Positions 8,814 to 17,635 are shown, numbered from the stretch's first letter. The stretch: 43,369 nucleotides of DNA from Candidatus Micrarchaeota archaeon (GCA_021796295.1 JAJYIA010000001.1:1-43369); one strand, 5' to 3'. The notes: a model not told the origin generated them from the sequence alone. Program-made: numbers and translations.

Positions 8814-9548
8814 CTAAGGCCTATTTTCGTGGATAAGCGTAAGCTCTATGCCGTTGGGTGATATCTCATAGGGCACAGTGGCCCTGCTGTGGTTCGAGCC
8901 CCGCATCTTCACTACCTCAAGCGTAAGGGTGCTGAGCTCGCCCGGGCCGCCGCTTGTGTACATGATTATGAGGCCGTCGTATATGAAGAATTCAGGCTGG
9001 AAGAGGAGCCTGCTCTTTTCAGGGGTCTCTATCTCGGTGGTGATTATAGAGGTTATGCCGAGTCTGCGCAGCACTGCAACAAGGTCCATAGAAACGCTCC
9101 TGTATTCAAAAGGCTCCCTTATGAAGAGCCTCATCAGCGAGACAGAATCAAGGACAAGCCGAGTTGCCTGTGTGGATTCGGCTATTGACTCTATCTCGGT
9201 TATCATCCTGCCGAAGGTGTACTGCGAGCCTTCGGTGTCCTTCTGTATATAGGGCTTTGTCTCACCCAAGCCCTGCACAACAAGCTTCTTCTCATCGATT
9301 AGCTTGTCTATGTCTGTGAAGCTCGGAAATGCCTTCTTTGCGTTATTTATGATGCTTGAGCTTTCCTCCTCGAAAGAGAAGAAGACGCCGGGCTCGCCGA
9401 TCTTCGCACCTTTGTAAAGGAACTCGAATGCAAAAAGGGTCTTGCCAGTGCCAGGGCCTCCAGCAAGCATTATCTGGCTGCGCACAGGTATGCCCCCGTA
9501 AAGCATTTTGTCTATGCCTTCTATGCCACTCTCTATCTTCTCTTTCAT
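8814..9548 (-). CDS. single-domain KaiC-like (RecA-superfamily) ATPase
   Basis: GIEGIDKMLYGGIPVRSQIMLAGGPGTGKTLFAFEFLYKGAKIGEPGVFFSFEEE is the KaiC/ArlH-type N-terminal signature with a Walker A. A Walker B-like LVLDSV is also present. Confidence 0.8.
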   Translation of the reverse strand: MKEKIESGIEGIDKMLYGGIPVRSQIMLAGGPGTGKTLFAFEFLYKGAKIGEPGVFFSFEEESSSIINNAKKAFPSFTDIDKLIDEKKLVVQGLGETKPYIQKDTEGSQYTFGRMITEIESIAESTQATRLVLDSVSLMRLFIREPFEYRSVSMDLVAVLRRLGITSIITTEIETPEKSRLLFQPEFFIYDGLIIMYTSGGPGELSTLTLEVVKMRGSNHSRATVPYEISPNGIELTLIHENRP

Positions 9549-9674
9549 GCGTATTCACCTGTTCAGAGCCGATGCAAAGCATCGTATATTTGATTATTAG
9601 CAGCTTTAATAAAAACACACATGAATGCATTTACTGAGGTAAATGAATACGTGCGTTTTACAAGGGTCCGAAGC

Positions 9675-10226
9675 TCATTCTACCCTGATTTCACTGCGCC
9701 CCTGCCCCTTCTTATTCAGCGTTATCGCGAGAGTGCCGTTTTCAGCCCTTGCCCTTGCACTCTTCGCATCGACCTCAGCAGGCAGGGGTATGCTCCTGTA
9801 GTACCCTGAAGAGGATCTCTCCCGGTAATAGAAGTTGCGGCCCTTTTCCTTCTTCTCGGGGTATGTGCGCGCGGTTATAGTTACAGATGCCCTTTCGACG
9901 GTCACCTTTATGTCCTTCTTCTCAATTCCAGGAAGGTCGGCCCTTATCCTTATCCTGCTGCCCCCGTCCACCATGTCCACATCAGGCAGCCTGTCAGAAA
10001 ACCCGCTGCCAATGCTCCAGCTAGGCAGAGGCATGCTGAAAAAATGACTTAGGCCTTTCCCAGGCCAGAGGTCCTGGGCTGCCGGAACAAGCGCAGAGCC
10101 GCTGTTTCTTTTCTTTGCTATAAAATCCTCTTTAGATTGTGCCCTTCCACGGGCTAAAGCCTGTGGCTTCCCCTGAAGGGGACAAATCCGAGCGTAGCGA
10201 GGATTTAGCTTCTCCTGGCCATTCAT
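9675..10226 (-). CDS. hsp20: small heat shock protein (Hsp20/alpha-crystallin family); start uncertain
   Basis: Alpha-crystallin domain PDVDMVDGGSRIRIRADLPGIEKKDIKVTV...SIPLPAEVDAKSARARAENGTLAITL. The first 64 codons of the long ORF are atypical and hairpin-rich. An alternative ATG lies at 10034. Confidence 0.75.
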   Translation of the reverse strand: MNGQEKLNPRYARICPLQGKPQALARGRAQSKEDFIAKKRNSGSALVPAAQDLWPGKGLSHFFSMPLPSWSIGSGFSDRLPDVDMVDGGSRIRIRADLPGIEKKDIKVTVERASVTITARTYPEKKEKGRNFYYRERSSSGYYRSIPLPAEVDAKSARARAENGTLAITLNKKGQGRSEIRVE

Positions 10227-10246
10227 CCCTCAGCTGAAGCTGAGGG
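10141..10246 (-). promoter_or_regulatory. cluster of five short stem-loops at or upstream of the hsp20 start
   Basis: GCCC-n6-GGGC (10141-54), AAGCC-TGT-GGCTT (10157-69), CCCC-TGAA-GGGG (10070s: 10170-81), AAATCC-n11-GGATTT (10184-10206), and CCCTCAGC-TGAA-GCTGAGGG (10227-46). The last one directly abuts the ATG at 10226. Confidence 0.3.
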
Positions 10247-10645
10247 CTTTCTGGTCTGCAAATGTGAATTCTACATAGCTGCTTGACGTATACGAGCCGG
10301 TTATTGTGTTTACTACAGTATCCCCTGCGATGTTGCTGGAGACAAATGAGTATTCCCCGGTATATGGGCTTATGCCCCATTGATCAGAATGTTTGCAAAG
10401 GAATACTGGCCGAGGTCGATTATGGTATTTGAGAGCGTGAGAGGTGTTGTTGCAGAAAGTGCATTTACCTGCTGCACAGTGCCATAAAAGAAAACGTAGA
10501 GCAGCACTGTAGCGTTTGCCGCAGTGAAGAGCGTGCGCATGCCTCGCGCAGCTTTTGACGATAAACAAAAGCAGTTATTGCCATAAAGGTTAAAACGCCT
10601 GTACATAGCAATCCAGCCAATGCTTATTCCACCGTATATACACAC
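10230..10645 (-). pseudogene. possible frameshifted small pilin-like/secreted protein gene
   Basis: Two overlapping ORFs in different frames (10370-10645 and 10230-10568). The first carries a ..KAARG/MRTLFTAANATVLLYVFFYG hydrophobic N-terminus. Both have Ser/Thr/Asn-rich beta-like sequence similar in style to the 486-aa pilin-like protein. The frames meet near a G4 run at ~10375. A TATA-like TTATATAAAT lies upstream. Confidence 0.25.
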
Positions 10646-10820
10646 GTACCGTAAATTTATATAATAGGATTATGTTTTTATTATAAGGCCCTTTCGGTTA
10701 TGTAGTGGCTTATCCTTTCGAAGTGGCATAACTTTATCATTCTTAGTTTTTGCGCTTAGTTATAAATATGGCAATGGTGCATATGGGATTTGTATATGCT
10801 TCTCTTAGATTGTGAGGTAA

Positions 10821-12317
10821 ATGGCGAATGATTCAGGAGGAAGGGGTGACGGAAAGGATACAGCTAATCAGCGAGCCAAGGATTACTACGCGAAGGCGGG
10901 AAAGTTATTCGAAGACAACAAGTTCGAGGAAGCAATAGGACTCTACACTAAGGCGCAGGCTGAGGATCCGGCTTATACGAGTGCATATTTCAACAGGGCG
11001 CTGGCTTATGCTATACTCAGCAGGTATGACGAGGCAATCGCAGATGCGCAGAAAGTCCTGGATATGGAGCCTGACAGCTACGATGCGCCGTATGTGATGG
11101 GCATAATATCAGAATACCAGCAGCACTACAAAGCCGCGAAGGATTGGTATGAGAAGGCGCTTAAGAAAAATCCTGATTATGAGCAGGCAAAAGCCAGGCT
11201 CGAGCAGCTGAAATCCAAGCTTGAAGCGCCTTCCGAAGGAGATGAGGAACAGAAGAAGGTAAAGGTCGGCGCGGAAGAAGAAACCAAGACCGAGGAAGGC
11301 CAGATCAAAAGGGTAAAGTGGCACAAGCCTTCGATAACATTCAAGGATGTAGTAGGCATGGAAAAGGAGAAGAAGCTTATATACGAGAATATAATCCTCG
11401 CGATAAGAAAGCCTGAGCTTCTAAGGGCGTACGGCAAGAAGCTTGGGCTTGGCGTGATTTTCTACGGCCCTCCGGGATGCGGCAAGACCTACTTTGTCAA
11501 CGCCATAGGCGGCGAGACAGGCTCAAAGGTGCTTATAGCCAGGATAAATGAGATAGTCGACATGTATGCAGGCAACACAGAAAAGAACATGCATGCAATT
11601 TTCGAACAGGCAAGGCACAACACGCCTGTTGTGGTATTCTTCGACGAGATAGATGCAATAGGCGGCAAAAGGGAGAGCGGCGGAGGCGGAGGGGAGCAGC
11701 AGAGCTATATGCGCATGGCGGTGAACCAGTTCCTACAGGAGATGGACGGCGTTGAGAAGAATCCGGAAGGCATTTTTGTAATAGGGGCGACAAACCAGCC
11801 ATGGGATATAGACCCTGCATTGAAAAGAAGCAAGAGGTTCGGCGAGGCAATCTACATACCGCCTCCAGACTATAAGACAAGGAAGCAGGCGTTCATCTAT
11901 AACACAAGGAAGATGCCCATAGGGCATATAAGCTTCGGCAGGCTTGCAAGGGCAACGATAGGCTTTTCCCAGGCCGACATAGAGGAGATATGCGACAAGG
12001 CAGCGCTGATACCTGCTGCAGAAGAGGACAGGACAGGCAGGCGTAGGAAGATAAGGATGAAGGACTTTCTGCGCATGATAAAGGCGCACGGCAATACGCT
12101 TGATGAATGGTACGCGATGGTGAAGAAGGGCATAATAAGCAAGACTGAGACACAGATAGTCGATGGTAAGAAGCAGACGATAGTCAAGGAGGGCAAGCTT
12201 ACGCCTGAGGAGAAAAACAGGTATAAGGCGCTTATAAAGGACGTAAAAAGGAACAGCAGCAAGATGCTAATGTTTGCCAAAAAAATGGTAAGAAACTTCT
12301 CGATATATGCGATGTAG
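10821..12317 (+). CDS. TPR-domain fused AAA+ ATPase of the Vps4/katanin/spastin (meiotic) clade
   Basis: N-terminal TPR repeats (AEDPAYTSAYFNRALAY.., ALKKNPDYEQA). Walker A GPPGCGKTY and Walker B VVFFDEIDAI are present. The SRH GATNQPWDIDPALKRSKRFGEAIYIPPPD is of the meiotic-clade type (ATNxPW..RRF..IYIP), not the Cdc48-type PGRFD. An SD-like GTGAGGT lies 3 nt upstream of the ATG. Confidence 0.75.
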   Translation: MANDSGGRGDGKDTANQRAKDYYAKAGKLFEDNKFEEAIGLYTKAQAEDPAYTSAYFNRALAYAILSRYDEAIADAQKVLDMEPDSYDAPYVMGIISEYQQHYKAAKDWYEKALKKNPDYEQAKARLEQLKSKLEAPSEGDEEQKKVKVGAEEETKTEEGQIKRVKWHKPSITFKDVVGMEKEKKLIYENIILAIRKPELLRAYGKKLGLGVIFYGPPGCGKTYFVNAIGGETGSKVLIARINEIVDMYAGNTEKNMHAIFEQARHNTPVVVFFDEIDAIGGKRESGGGGGEQQSYMRMAVNQFLQEMDGVEKNPEGIFVIGATNQPWDIDPALKRSKRFGEAIYIPPPDYKTRKQAFIYNTRKMPIGHISFGRLARATIGFSQADIEEICDKAALIPAAEEDRTGRRRKIRMKDFLRMIKAHGNTLDEWYAMVKKGIISKTETQIVDGKKQTIVKEGKLTPEEKNRYKALIKDVKRNSSKMLMFAKKMVRNFSIYAM

Positions 12318-12329
12318 CATGGACGTTGC

Positions 12330-13055
12330 TCATTTTCTGGCAAGGGAATACAGCAGTGACGTGAAGTCTTTGAAGACGTAATTCGCATACTTTGAGTCCT
12401 CTTTTGATACATGCTCCTTTCCGCTTATAAGCACTGTGGTATAGCCTAGCTGATACGGCATCTCCAGGTTCCTAGGGAGGTCATCAACATAAAGCGTGCC
12501 TTTTGCCTGGAACCCTGTTATTGACATGGACGTGATCCATGCCCCGCTCTGGGGCTTGACATGTATATCGAGTTCCTCAATGCAGATTATGTATTTGAAT
12601 GCACCTTCGATGCCCTGTGCTGAGAGCGCCCTTAATATGTATTCGCGGGTGCTGTTGGAAAGCACAGCCTTTGGCATATCTATGCTGTTTAAAAGGCCGA
12701 GGAGCCTCTTGTCCTCAGTTATGTATTTGCCCACATCCTTTATTTCAGGCAGATAAACCTCCCGTATGAAATCCTTGTAAGAAACCTTGTATTCCATCAA
12801 GATTGCGTACGCAGTTGTGTCGGTATCGTGTTTTCTAAGGAGCTCAAGTCTCTTTTCTTCGGTGCGTGCTGGAGGTGTGCCGCTCAGCTTTGATATGAAA
12901 TTGTTCATTTTGCAGTAGATCTTGTCTCGCGGCGGCAGCCTTGAAAGCCTTGGCCCTATAACCCCTTCGTAGTCTGCAAGAAGGGCGGCGCCTTTAAGCT
13001 CTGTTCCGGCATATTTATTCAAATTATAGCTTCTCTCATGCATATGCTCAACCAT
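12330..13055 (-). CDS. HAD-superfamily hydrolase-like protein (divergent motif I)
   Basis: Motif II VLSNST, motif III K (HVKPQSG) and motif IV LYVDDLPRN are present. Motif I reads LLADYEGV (DxE instead of DxD). Start chosen at MVEHMHE (13055) because a TATA (GTATATATATC) sits only ~8 nt upstream of the first ATG (13079). Confidence 0.5.
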   Translation of the reverse strand: MVEHMHERSYNLNKYAGTELKGAALLADYEGVIGPRLSRLPPRDKIYCKMNNFISKLSGTPPARTEEKRLELLRKHDTDTTAYAILMEYKVSYKDFIREVYLPEIKDVGKYITEDKRLLGLLNSIDMPKAVLSNSTREYILRALSAQGIEGAFKYIICIEELDIHVKPQSGAWITSMSITGFQAKGTLYVDDLPRNLEMPYQLGYTTVLISGKEHVSKEDSKYANYVFKDFTSLLYSLARK

Positions 13056-13121
13056 CTTTATCAACAAGCAGAATGGCATATGCTAGATATATATACGTTG
13101 ACTTAAGCGCATTCTTCTGCG

Positions 13122-14021
13122 CTAATGCGCGTTTGTCCCGGTTACCCTGCCTGCAGCAAGGACCCTTGGCTTACCGTCCCTTATAAGCACGAAAGGGTCG
13201 CCTTTCTCCACAGCTACGGGCTTATCGAACCTTAAGGCATACGCCGATGGGCCTTTCTCTATATTGCACATGGCCACAGAGAAGCCGCTAGTGAATGTGC
13301 AGCCAGTTTCATGAATTGAATCTTTTATGAGCGGATTAATGTTGATATCTGCAGAAATTTCCCGTATATACGGCAGAGTGCTTTCAGAGAGAATGTCTCC
13401 CTTCCTTACCTCTTTTTCGTCTATGCCTTTCACAGCGAGGCCTACCCTGGAACCTCTCCCTGCCTCATTCGTGTCCTCATCGTGCACCTGTATTGAGCGG
13501 ATCTGAAGCTCTTTGCCGCTGCTCATGCTGAGAGTGTCATGAACCTTTACACTGCCTCTTCTAACTATGCCCAGAAGGACTGTGCCGACCCCTTTTACAG
13601 GAAAGGACTTATCCAGATCTATGCGCACGCCAGCATCATCTGCATGCACCTCAAGGGCGCCTAGCCTTTCTATAAGTAGATCGCGTGAGAGCTGCTCCGT
13701 GCTGTTGCCCAGGCCTTTGAGCAGGTGCTGCACATTGTTGTCATCGGTAAGCCATATGCCTTTCCTGAGCAGAGAGGCCGCTATTATGGATTCTCCAAGT
13801 ATGTCATCGATGCTTTTAGTGCTTGCTATGATCTGGTCCGCAAGTGTAAATGCTTCTCCAAAGGCATAGAACTTACCAACTATGTCGGTAGGTGTAAGAA
13901 GAACAACGTGCGTGTCTGAGATGCGCCTGTTGTAAAATGTAAGGCCGTTTGATGTGCCCTTCTTGCCCAGCCATGACGCAAGCTCGGGATCATTGGGCAG
14001 CGCAGCCACGACGTTTTTCAT
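13122..14021 (-). CDS. EF-Tu/SelB-like protein with degenerate G domain (domain II beta-barrel intact)
   Basis: PVKGVGTVLLGIVRRGSVKVHDTL...LQIRSIQVHDEDTNEAGRGSRVGLAVKGIDEKEVRKGDIL is a classic EF-Tu domain 2. The N-terminal ~130 aa lacks a GxxxxGK[ST] P-loop and NKxD. Confidence 0.6.
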   Translation of the reverse strand: MKNVVAALPNDPELASWLGKKGTSNGLTFYNRRISDTHVVLLTPTDIVGKFYAFGEAFTLADQIIASTKSIDDILGESIIAASLLRKGIWLTDDNNVQHLLKGLGNSTEQLSRDLLIERLGALEVHADDAGVRIDLDKSFPVKGVGTVLLGIVRRGSVKVHDTLSMSSGKELQIRSIQVHDEDTNEAGRGSRVGLAVKGIDEKEVRKGDILSESTLPYIREISADININPLIKDSIHETGCTFTSGFSVAMCNIEKGPSAYALRFDKPVAVEKGDPFVLIRDGKPRVLAAGRVTGTNAH

Positions 14022-14064
14022 GCAATCAGCGAAATGCCTTCCTTTTATTTTATGCGTTGCTTCT

Positions 14065-15246
14065 TTATATATGTGCCTCTCTTATTTCGGCGAAGCCCTT
14101 CAGGAAGAGGTATACGCCGACATACATTGGTAGCGTGACTGCCTCATTTTTATAAGGCCCGAATTCAGAGCTGTTGAACGTCAGGCTTTCCTTTGTGTTT
14201 GCAACGCATGCCACCTCGCCCTTCCTGAATGCTATGGCGCTGCTCATTGGATCAAAGCCTTCCAGTGCAGGACTTTTGCCTATTTTCATTGCTATGAGAC
14301 CGGTATCGCCGTGTATGCTGCCGGGAAGCCTTATGAGATGTGAGGGATCTCTCGTCACATTCCTATCGATCTTATCGCTCTGGGAAACGGCTTGATTCTT
14401 TAGTATGCCCTTCCAGAATTCGGCCTTGTTGGGAATGTATATCATGTCCCAGTTTCCGTTGCGTATGCCCATCTCTATCAAGGCGCGCTTCTTATACAGG
14501 TTTTTCGCCAGCTGCGGGCTTATGCCAAGGGCTGCAAGCTTCTCTGCACCTATGTTGAGATTGGCAAGGAAGGCCCGGGCCATCTTGCCTGCCCAACCTT
14601 TGTCTGTCGGCTTGGGGCCGACCAGCCTGACGCCGCGCTGGCCGGCGGTAGGGAAGAAAAGGGTAGCATCGATCCCTGCGCCGGATATGTAACTGCTTAT
14701 TTCAGACCTTGCCTTTGCAGAGAGCCCAAGCAGGGCATTGTTATTCACATGCACATGGTAGCCGCGGTTGCCGCTGAAGTTTACACTTATCTCGGAATCG
14801 GAAAGGCCGAAATCAGGCATAAGAAATTCTTCTATGAGCTTTATGGTTTCTGCCTTTACTGAACTGAGGCATGTGCCGCAGACCCAAGCTCTCCCGTGAA
14901 GGCTCTGGCACGGAAGATGCATATCAGTTACATCCAAATCAAAGACAAGCTCTGAGCCTTCCCAGAGCTTATTCTCCATGGGCCTCTTGCCTGGGTGTTT
15001 ATAGTATGCCGCAGAATAGGATACGTAGGGAGGCGCCTTGGAAGAGAGGTAGGCCTTGAGCGCATCTTCGCTTCCGAACGAGAGATGCCTGTAGAGTATC
15101 TTTGCATCGAAGGTGCCTATGCCGAATTCCCTCTTTTCCACAGACTGAGGGGCCAGGTTCCTAGCATTGGAGTAATACTCGCGTATCAGAGACGTTACAA
15201 CAGCCCTTCCCTTGCCCTTATTTTGAGATTCAGCAATGGCGTCCAT
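14065..15246 (-). CDS. priS: DNA primase small (catalytic) subunit PriS
   Basis: Catalytic motifs ELVFDLDVTD (DxD) and SGNRGYHVHV, plus the RLPGSIH motif. Length is 393 aa. Confidence 0.85.
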   Translation of the reverse strand: MDAIAESQNKGKGRAVVTSLIREYYSNARNLAPQSVEKREFGIGTFDAKILYRHLSFGSEDALKAYLSSKAPPYVSYSAAYYKHPGKRPMENKLWEGSELVFDLDVTDMHLPCQSLHGRAWVCGTCLSSVKAETIKLIEEFLMPDFGLSDSEISVNFSGNRGYHVHVNNNALLGLSAKARSEISSYISGAGIDATLFFPTAGQRGVRLVGPKPTDKGWAGKMARAFLANLNIGAEKLAALGISPQLAKNLYKKRALIEMGIRNGNWDMIYIPNKAEFWKGILKNQAVSQSDKIDRNVTRDPSHLIRLPGSIHGDTGLIAMKIGKSPALEGFDPMSSAIAFRKGEVACVANTKESLTFNSSEFGPYKNEAVTLPMYVGVYLFLKGFAEIREAHI

Positions 15247-15288
15247 GAGTGAAGGACTCAGTGCAGATATTTATACGTGTTAGTCTTA

Positions 15289-15663
15289 ATGCCTTTTATG
15301 GACAGTGCAGACGAACTCAGGCAGATCATAATCATAAGGGCTGACCTCGACATGGGAAGGGGCAAGCTTGCCGCACAGGCAGCCCATGCCTCGCTGATGA
15401 GCTACCTTGAAAGTGAAAGGTCTGACGCGAAGCTTGTCAAGGAGTGGCTCTCTGGCGGAGAGAAGAAGATAGTGCTGAAGGTTGAAGATGAATCTGTGCT
15501 TAGACGCCTCTACGAGGCCTTCAGATACAAGAAGATTCCTTGCGCCATTGTCACAGATGCAGGGCTCACAGAACTGCCCCCGAATACAGTAACTGCCCTT
15601 GGCATAGGCCCCTGGAGGAAAAGCGAGTTGGATCCCTTTACCTCCACGCTGAAGCTACTTTGA
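15289..15663 (+). CDS. pth2: archaeal-type peptidyl-tRNA hydrolase Pth2
   Basis: IIIRADLDMGRGKLAAQAAHAS...KIVLKV...DAGLTELPPNTVTALGIGP matches the Pth2 family. The ORF-track start at 15277 is a GTG; the first ATG is at 15289. Confidence 0.85.
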   Translation: MPFMDSADELRQIIIIRADLDMGRGKLAAQAAHASLMSYLESERSDAKLVKEWLSGGEKKIVLKVEDESVLRRLYEAFRYKKIPCAIVTDAGLTELPPNTVTALGIGPWRKSELDPFTSTLKLL

Positions 15664-15741
15664 TGTTTAGGCGCGTGAATATTGCATGCAGCATACGTTT
15701 CTAAAACGTTGGAAAGCCATATACGGATCATGCGACAGTTT

Positions 15742-16743
15742 TTATGCAGCAAGCTTTTTCCTGAGCATATTTATTACATAGGCATAGGCGTCCTTTGCCT
15801 TTTCTTTTGATGGGCCGTATGCTCCTGCAGCGCACGGATGGCCCCCGCCTGTGCCATCAATGTGCTTCGCAGCATCTTCCATAATCCTGCCTAGATGTAT
15901 GCCTAGCCTTCTGTCAAGAGACTGGCGCAGCCTTGCAGAGATGGATACCTCTTTTTCCCTGATGACCCAGAACACGGATGCATCTGCACCGAGTTCAAGC
16001 ATTTTCTCGGCTGCAGTATTTGCATGCGACGAGGCCTCGCCGTATACAAGGAGGTATTTGCTTATTACTTCTAACTTTGAGGAAAAGAGATCCTGCATCA
16101 GCCGCTGCCTGTGCGTGGCTGATGAAGCCTCGTGAAAATACTCGCTTACATCGGCATATGTCAGTCCTGACGCCTCGAAAAGGTCAGCAATCTGCCTGAA
16201 CGTCAGTGCGTTTGCATTCTGGAGATTTGCAGAATCGGCGATTATGCCGTTCAGGAGCAGTATGGATATGCTCCTGCCGGTCTGGATGCCCATGGCCTTC
16301 AGCACCTCGTATGTTATGCTTGAGGCAGAATTATATCCTTCGTCGTTGAAGATAAATGAGTTTGGAACTTCGTCTGCACCTTCTGGCAGTGCATGGTGAT
16401 CTAAAAAAAGCACGCTTCCGCTGAAGGTCTTGAGCCTTTCGCCAAATGCGCCAAGAATATCAAGCCTGTTGGCATCCGTAACTATCGCAATTTCCACGTC
16501 GCCTGGAAATTCAGGAAGTATGCTTCCGGCATATGATGCCTCCGACAGCATCCTTTTAGAATTGCCAGTTATAAAATCAGGAGTGGCGACAACTGCATTC
16601 TCGAAGCAGTGGGAAAGGGCTATTGCTGAAGCAACACCATCCCTGTCTCCTACAGAGTGGAAGGTTATAAGCGCCTTCCTCTGTCGCCATTTTTTAAGGA
16701 GACTGCAAAGCGATGCGAAATCTAATGGCTGCACAGCACTCAC
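15742..16743 (-). CDS. DHH/DHHA1 phosphoesterase (NrnA-like nanoRNase/pAp phosphatase family)
   Basis: Motifs HSVGDRDGVASA, IVTDAN, FLDHHA and GGGHPCAAGA. The start overlaps the prefoldin stop by 4 nt (translational coupling). Confidence 0.75.
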   Translation of the reverse strand: MSAVQPLDFASLCSLLKKWRQRKALITFHSVGDRDGVASAIALSHCFENAVVATPDFITGNSKRMLSEASYAGSILPEFPGDVEIAIVTDANRLDILGAFGERLKTFSGSVLFLDHHALPEGADEVPNSFIFNDEGYNSASSITYEVLKAMGIQTGRSISILLLNGIIADSANLQNANALTFRQIADLFEASGLTYADVSEYFHEASSATHRQRLMQDLFSSKLEVISKYLLVYGEASSHANTAAEKMLELGADASVFWVIREKEVSISARLRQSLDRRLGIHLGRIMEDAAKHIDGTGGGHPCAAGAYGPSKEKAKDAYAYVINMLRKKLAA

Positions 16744-17093
16744 TGCGCCTGCTGGTACAGCTGCTTTATCCTTTCATTCAGCTGCTTCTCTCTGTTTTTG
16801 AGCTCTGTGTACTGCTTGTTTGCGCTTTGGATCCTCGTAGCAGTAAGAGACGATCTGTCATCTATGTCGCTTATGGCCTTCTCCTTGCTTGTCTCGACCA
16901 TCACACCGCCTACGCTGAGGTAGACCTTGCCTGTGCTCTTCTCAAGCTCCTCCTTTGCGCGCTGCATGTCTATGTTCTGGCCCTGAAGCTGCTCGAGCTG
17001 CATGGCCATTGTCCTTAGCTGCTCCTCGAGAAGCTGGTAGTCCTTAAGCAGCTTCTCGAGAGCGTTGGCGCTTCCCTTTTCGTTTTGATCCAT
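16740..17093 (-). CDS. pfdB: prefoldin beta subunit
   Basis: 117-aa coiled-coil / beta-hairpin / coiled-coil protein (..LEEQLRTMAMQLEQLQ..GKVYLSVGGVMVETSKEKA..LKNREKQLNERIKQL). The internal ATG at 17093 was chosen; the upstream extension to 17189 is atypical. Confidence 0.75.
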   Translation of the reverse strand: MDQNEKGSANALEKLLKDYQLLEEQLRTMAMQLEQLQGQNIDMQRAKEELEKSTGKVYLSVGGVMVETSKEKAISDIDDRSSLTATRIQSANKQYTELKNREKQLNERIKQLYQQAQ

Positions 17094-17248
17094 AAATAGC
17101 ACGGTATATTGCTGCTGCTCCTTTGCCTCTGCATACGGCACAAGGCGCATTTCGCAGCTTAATCGGCATCCATCTGGAAGTATTTGCAATCAATATCTCA
17201 GCAAAGAATTATATTACTTTCCAGAGAGACGGTAAAATGCACAAGCAT

Positions 17249-17635
17249 TCATTCGTCCAGTGCGATCTTCACTTCAACGCTGGTGCCATCTTTTAACGAG
17301 AGTTCTTCCCTTAGGTTTTTATTTGCTATTATCTCAAACACGCCAGTATGCTCGCTCCTTTCAGGAATGATGAATGCGCACCTTATACCTTCTATTTCGG
17401 CCCTGAATGCCTTTACGCTGCCGAACATCCTTCCGGCTTTTCTAAAGCCGCTTATCATTATTCCGCGGCCTGCTTTCAGGCTCTCGAGGTCTCTGAGTGA
17501 TTTTTCATGGGCTTTAAGATTCAGTGTGCCGGGATATGCATCAATTCCAAGTGCATTGACGAATTGCGCCCTGTATTCTTCGATAGAGACAAAATGCATG
17601 CCTTTTCCCAGGCCTGATATTACCTCCCCCTGCAT
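17249..17635 (-). CDS. ribK: CTP-dependent riboflavin kinase (archaeal RibK, MJ0056 family)
   Basis: GEVISGLGKGMHFVSIEEYRAQFVNALGIDAYPGTLNL... is the characteristic N-terminal barrel signature. Length is 128 aa. Confidence 0.75.
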   Translation of the reverse strand: MQGEVISGLGKGMHFVSIEEYRAQFVNALGIDAYPGTLNLKAHEKSLRDLESLKAGRGIMISGFRKAGRMFGSVKAFRAEIEGIRCAFIIPERSEHTGVFEIIANKNLREELSLKDGTSVEVKIALDE

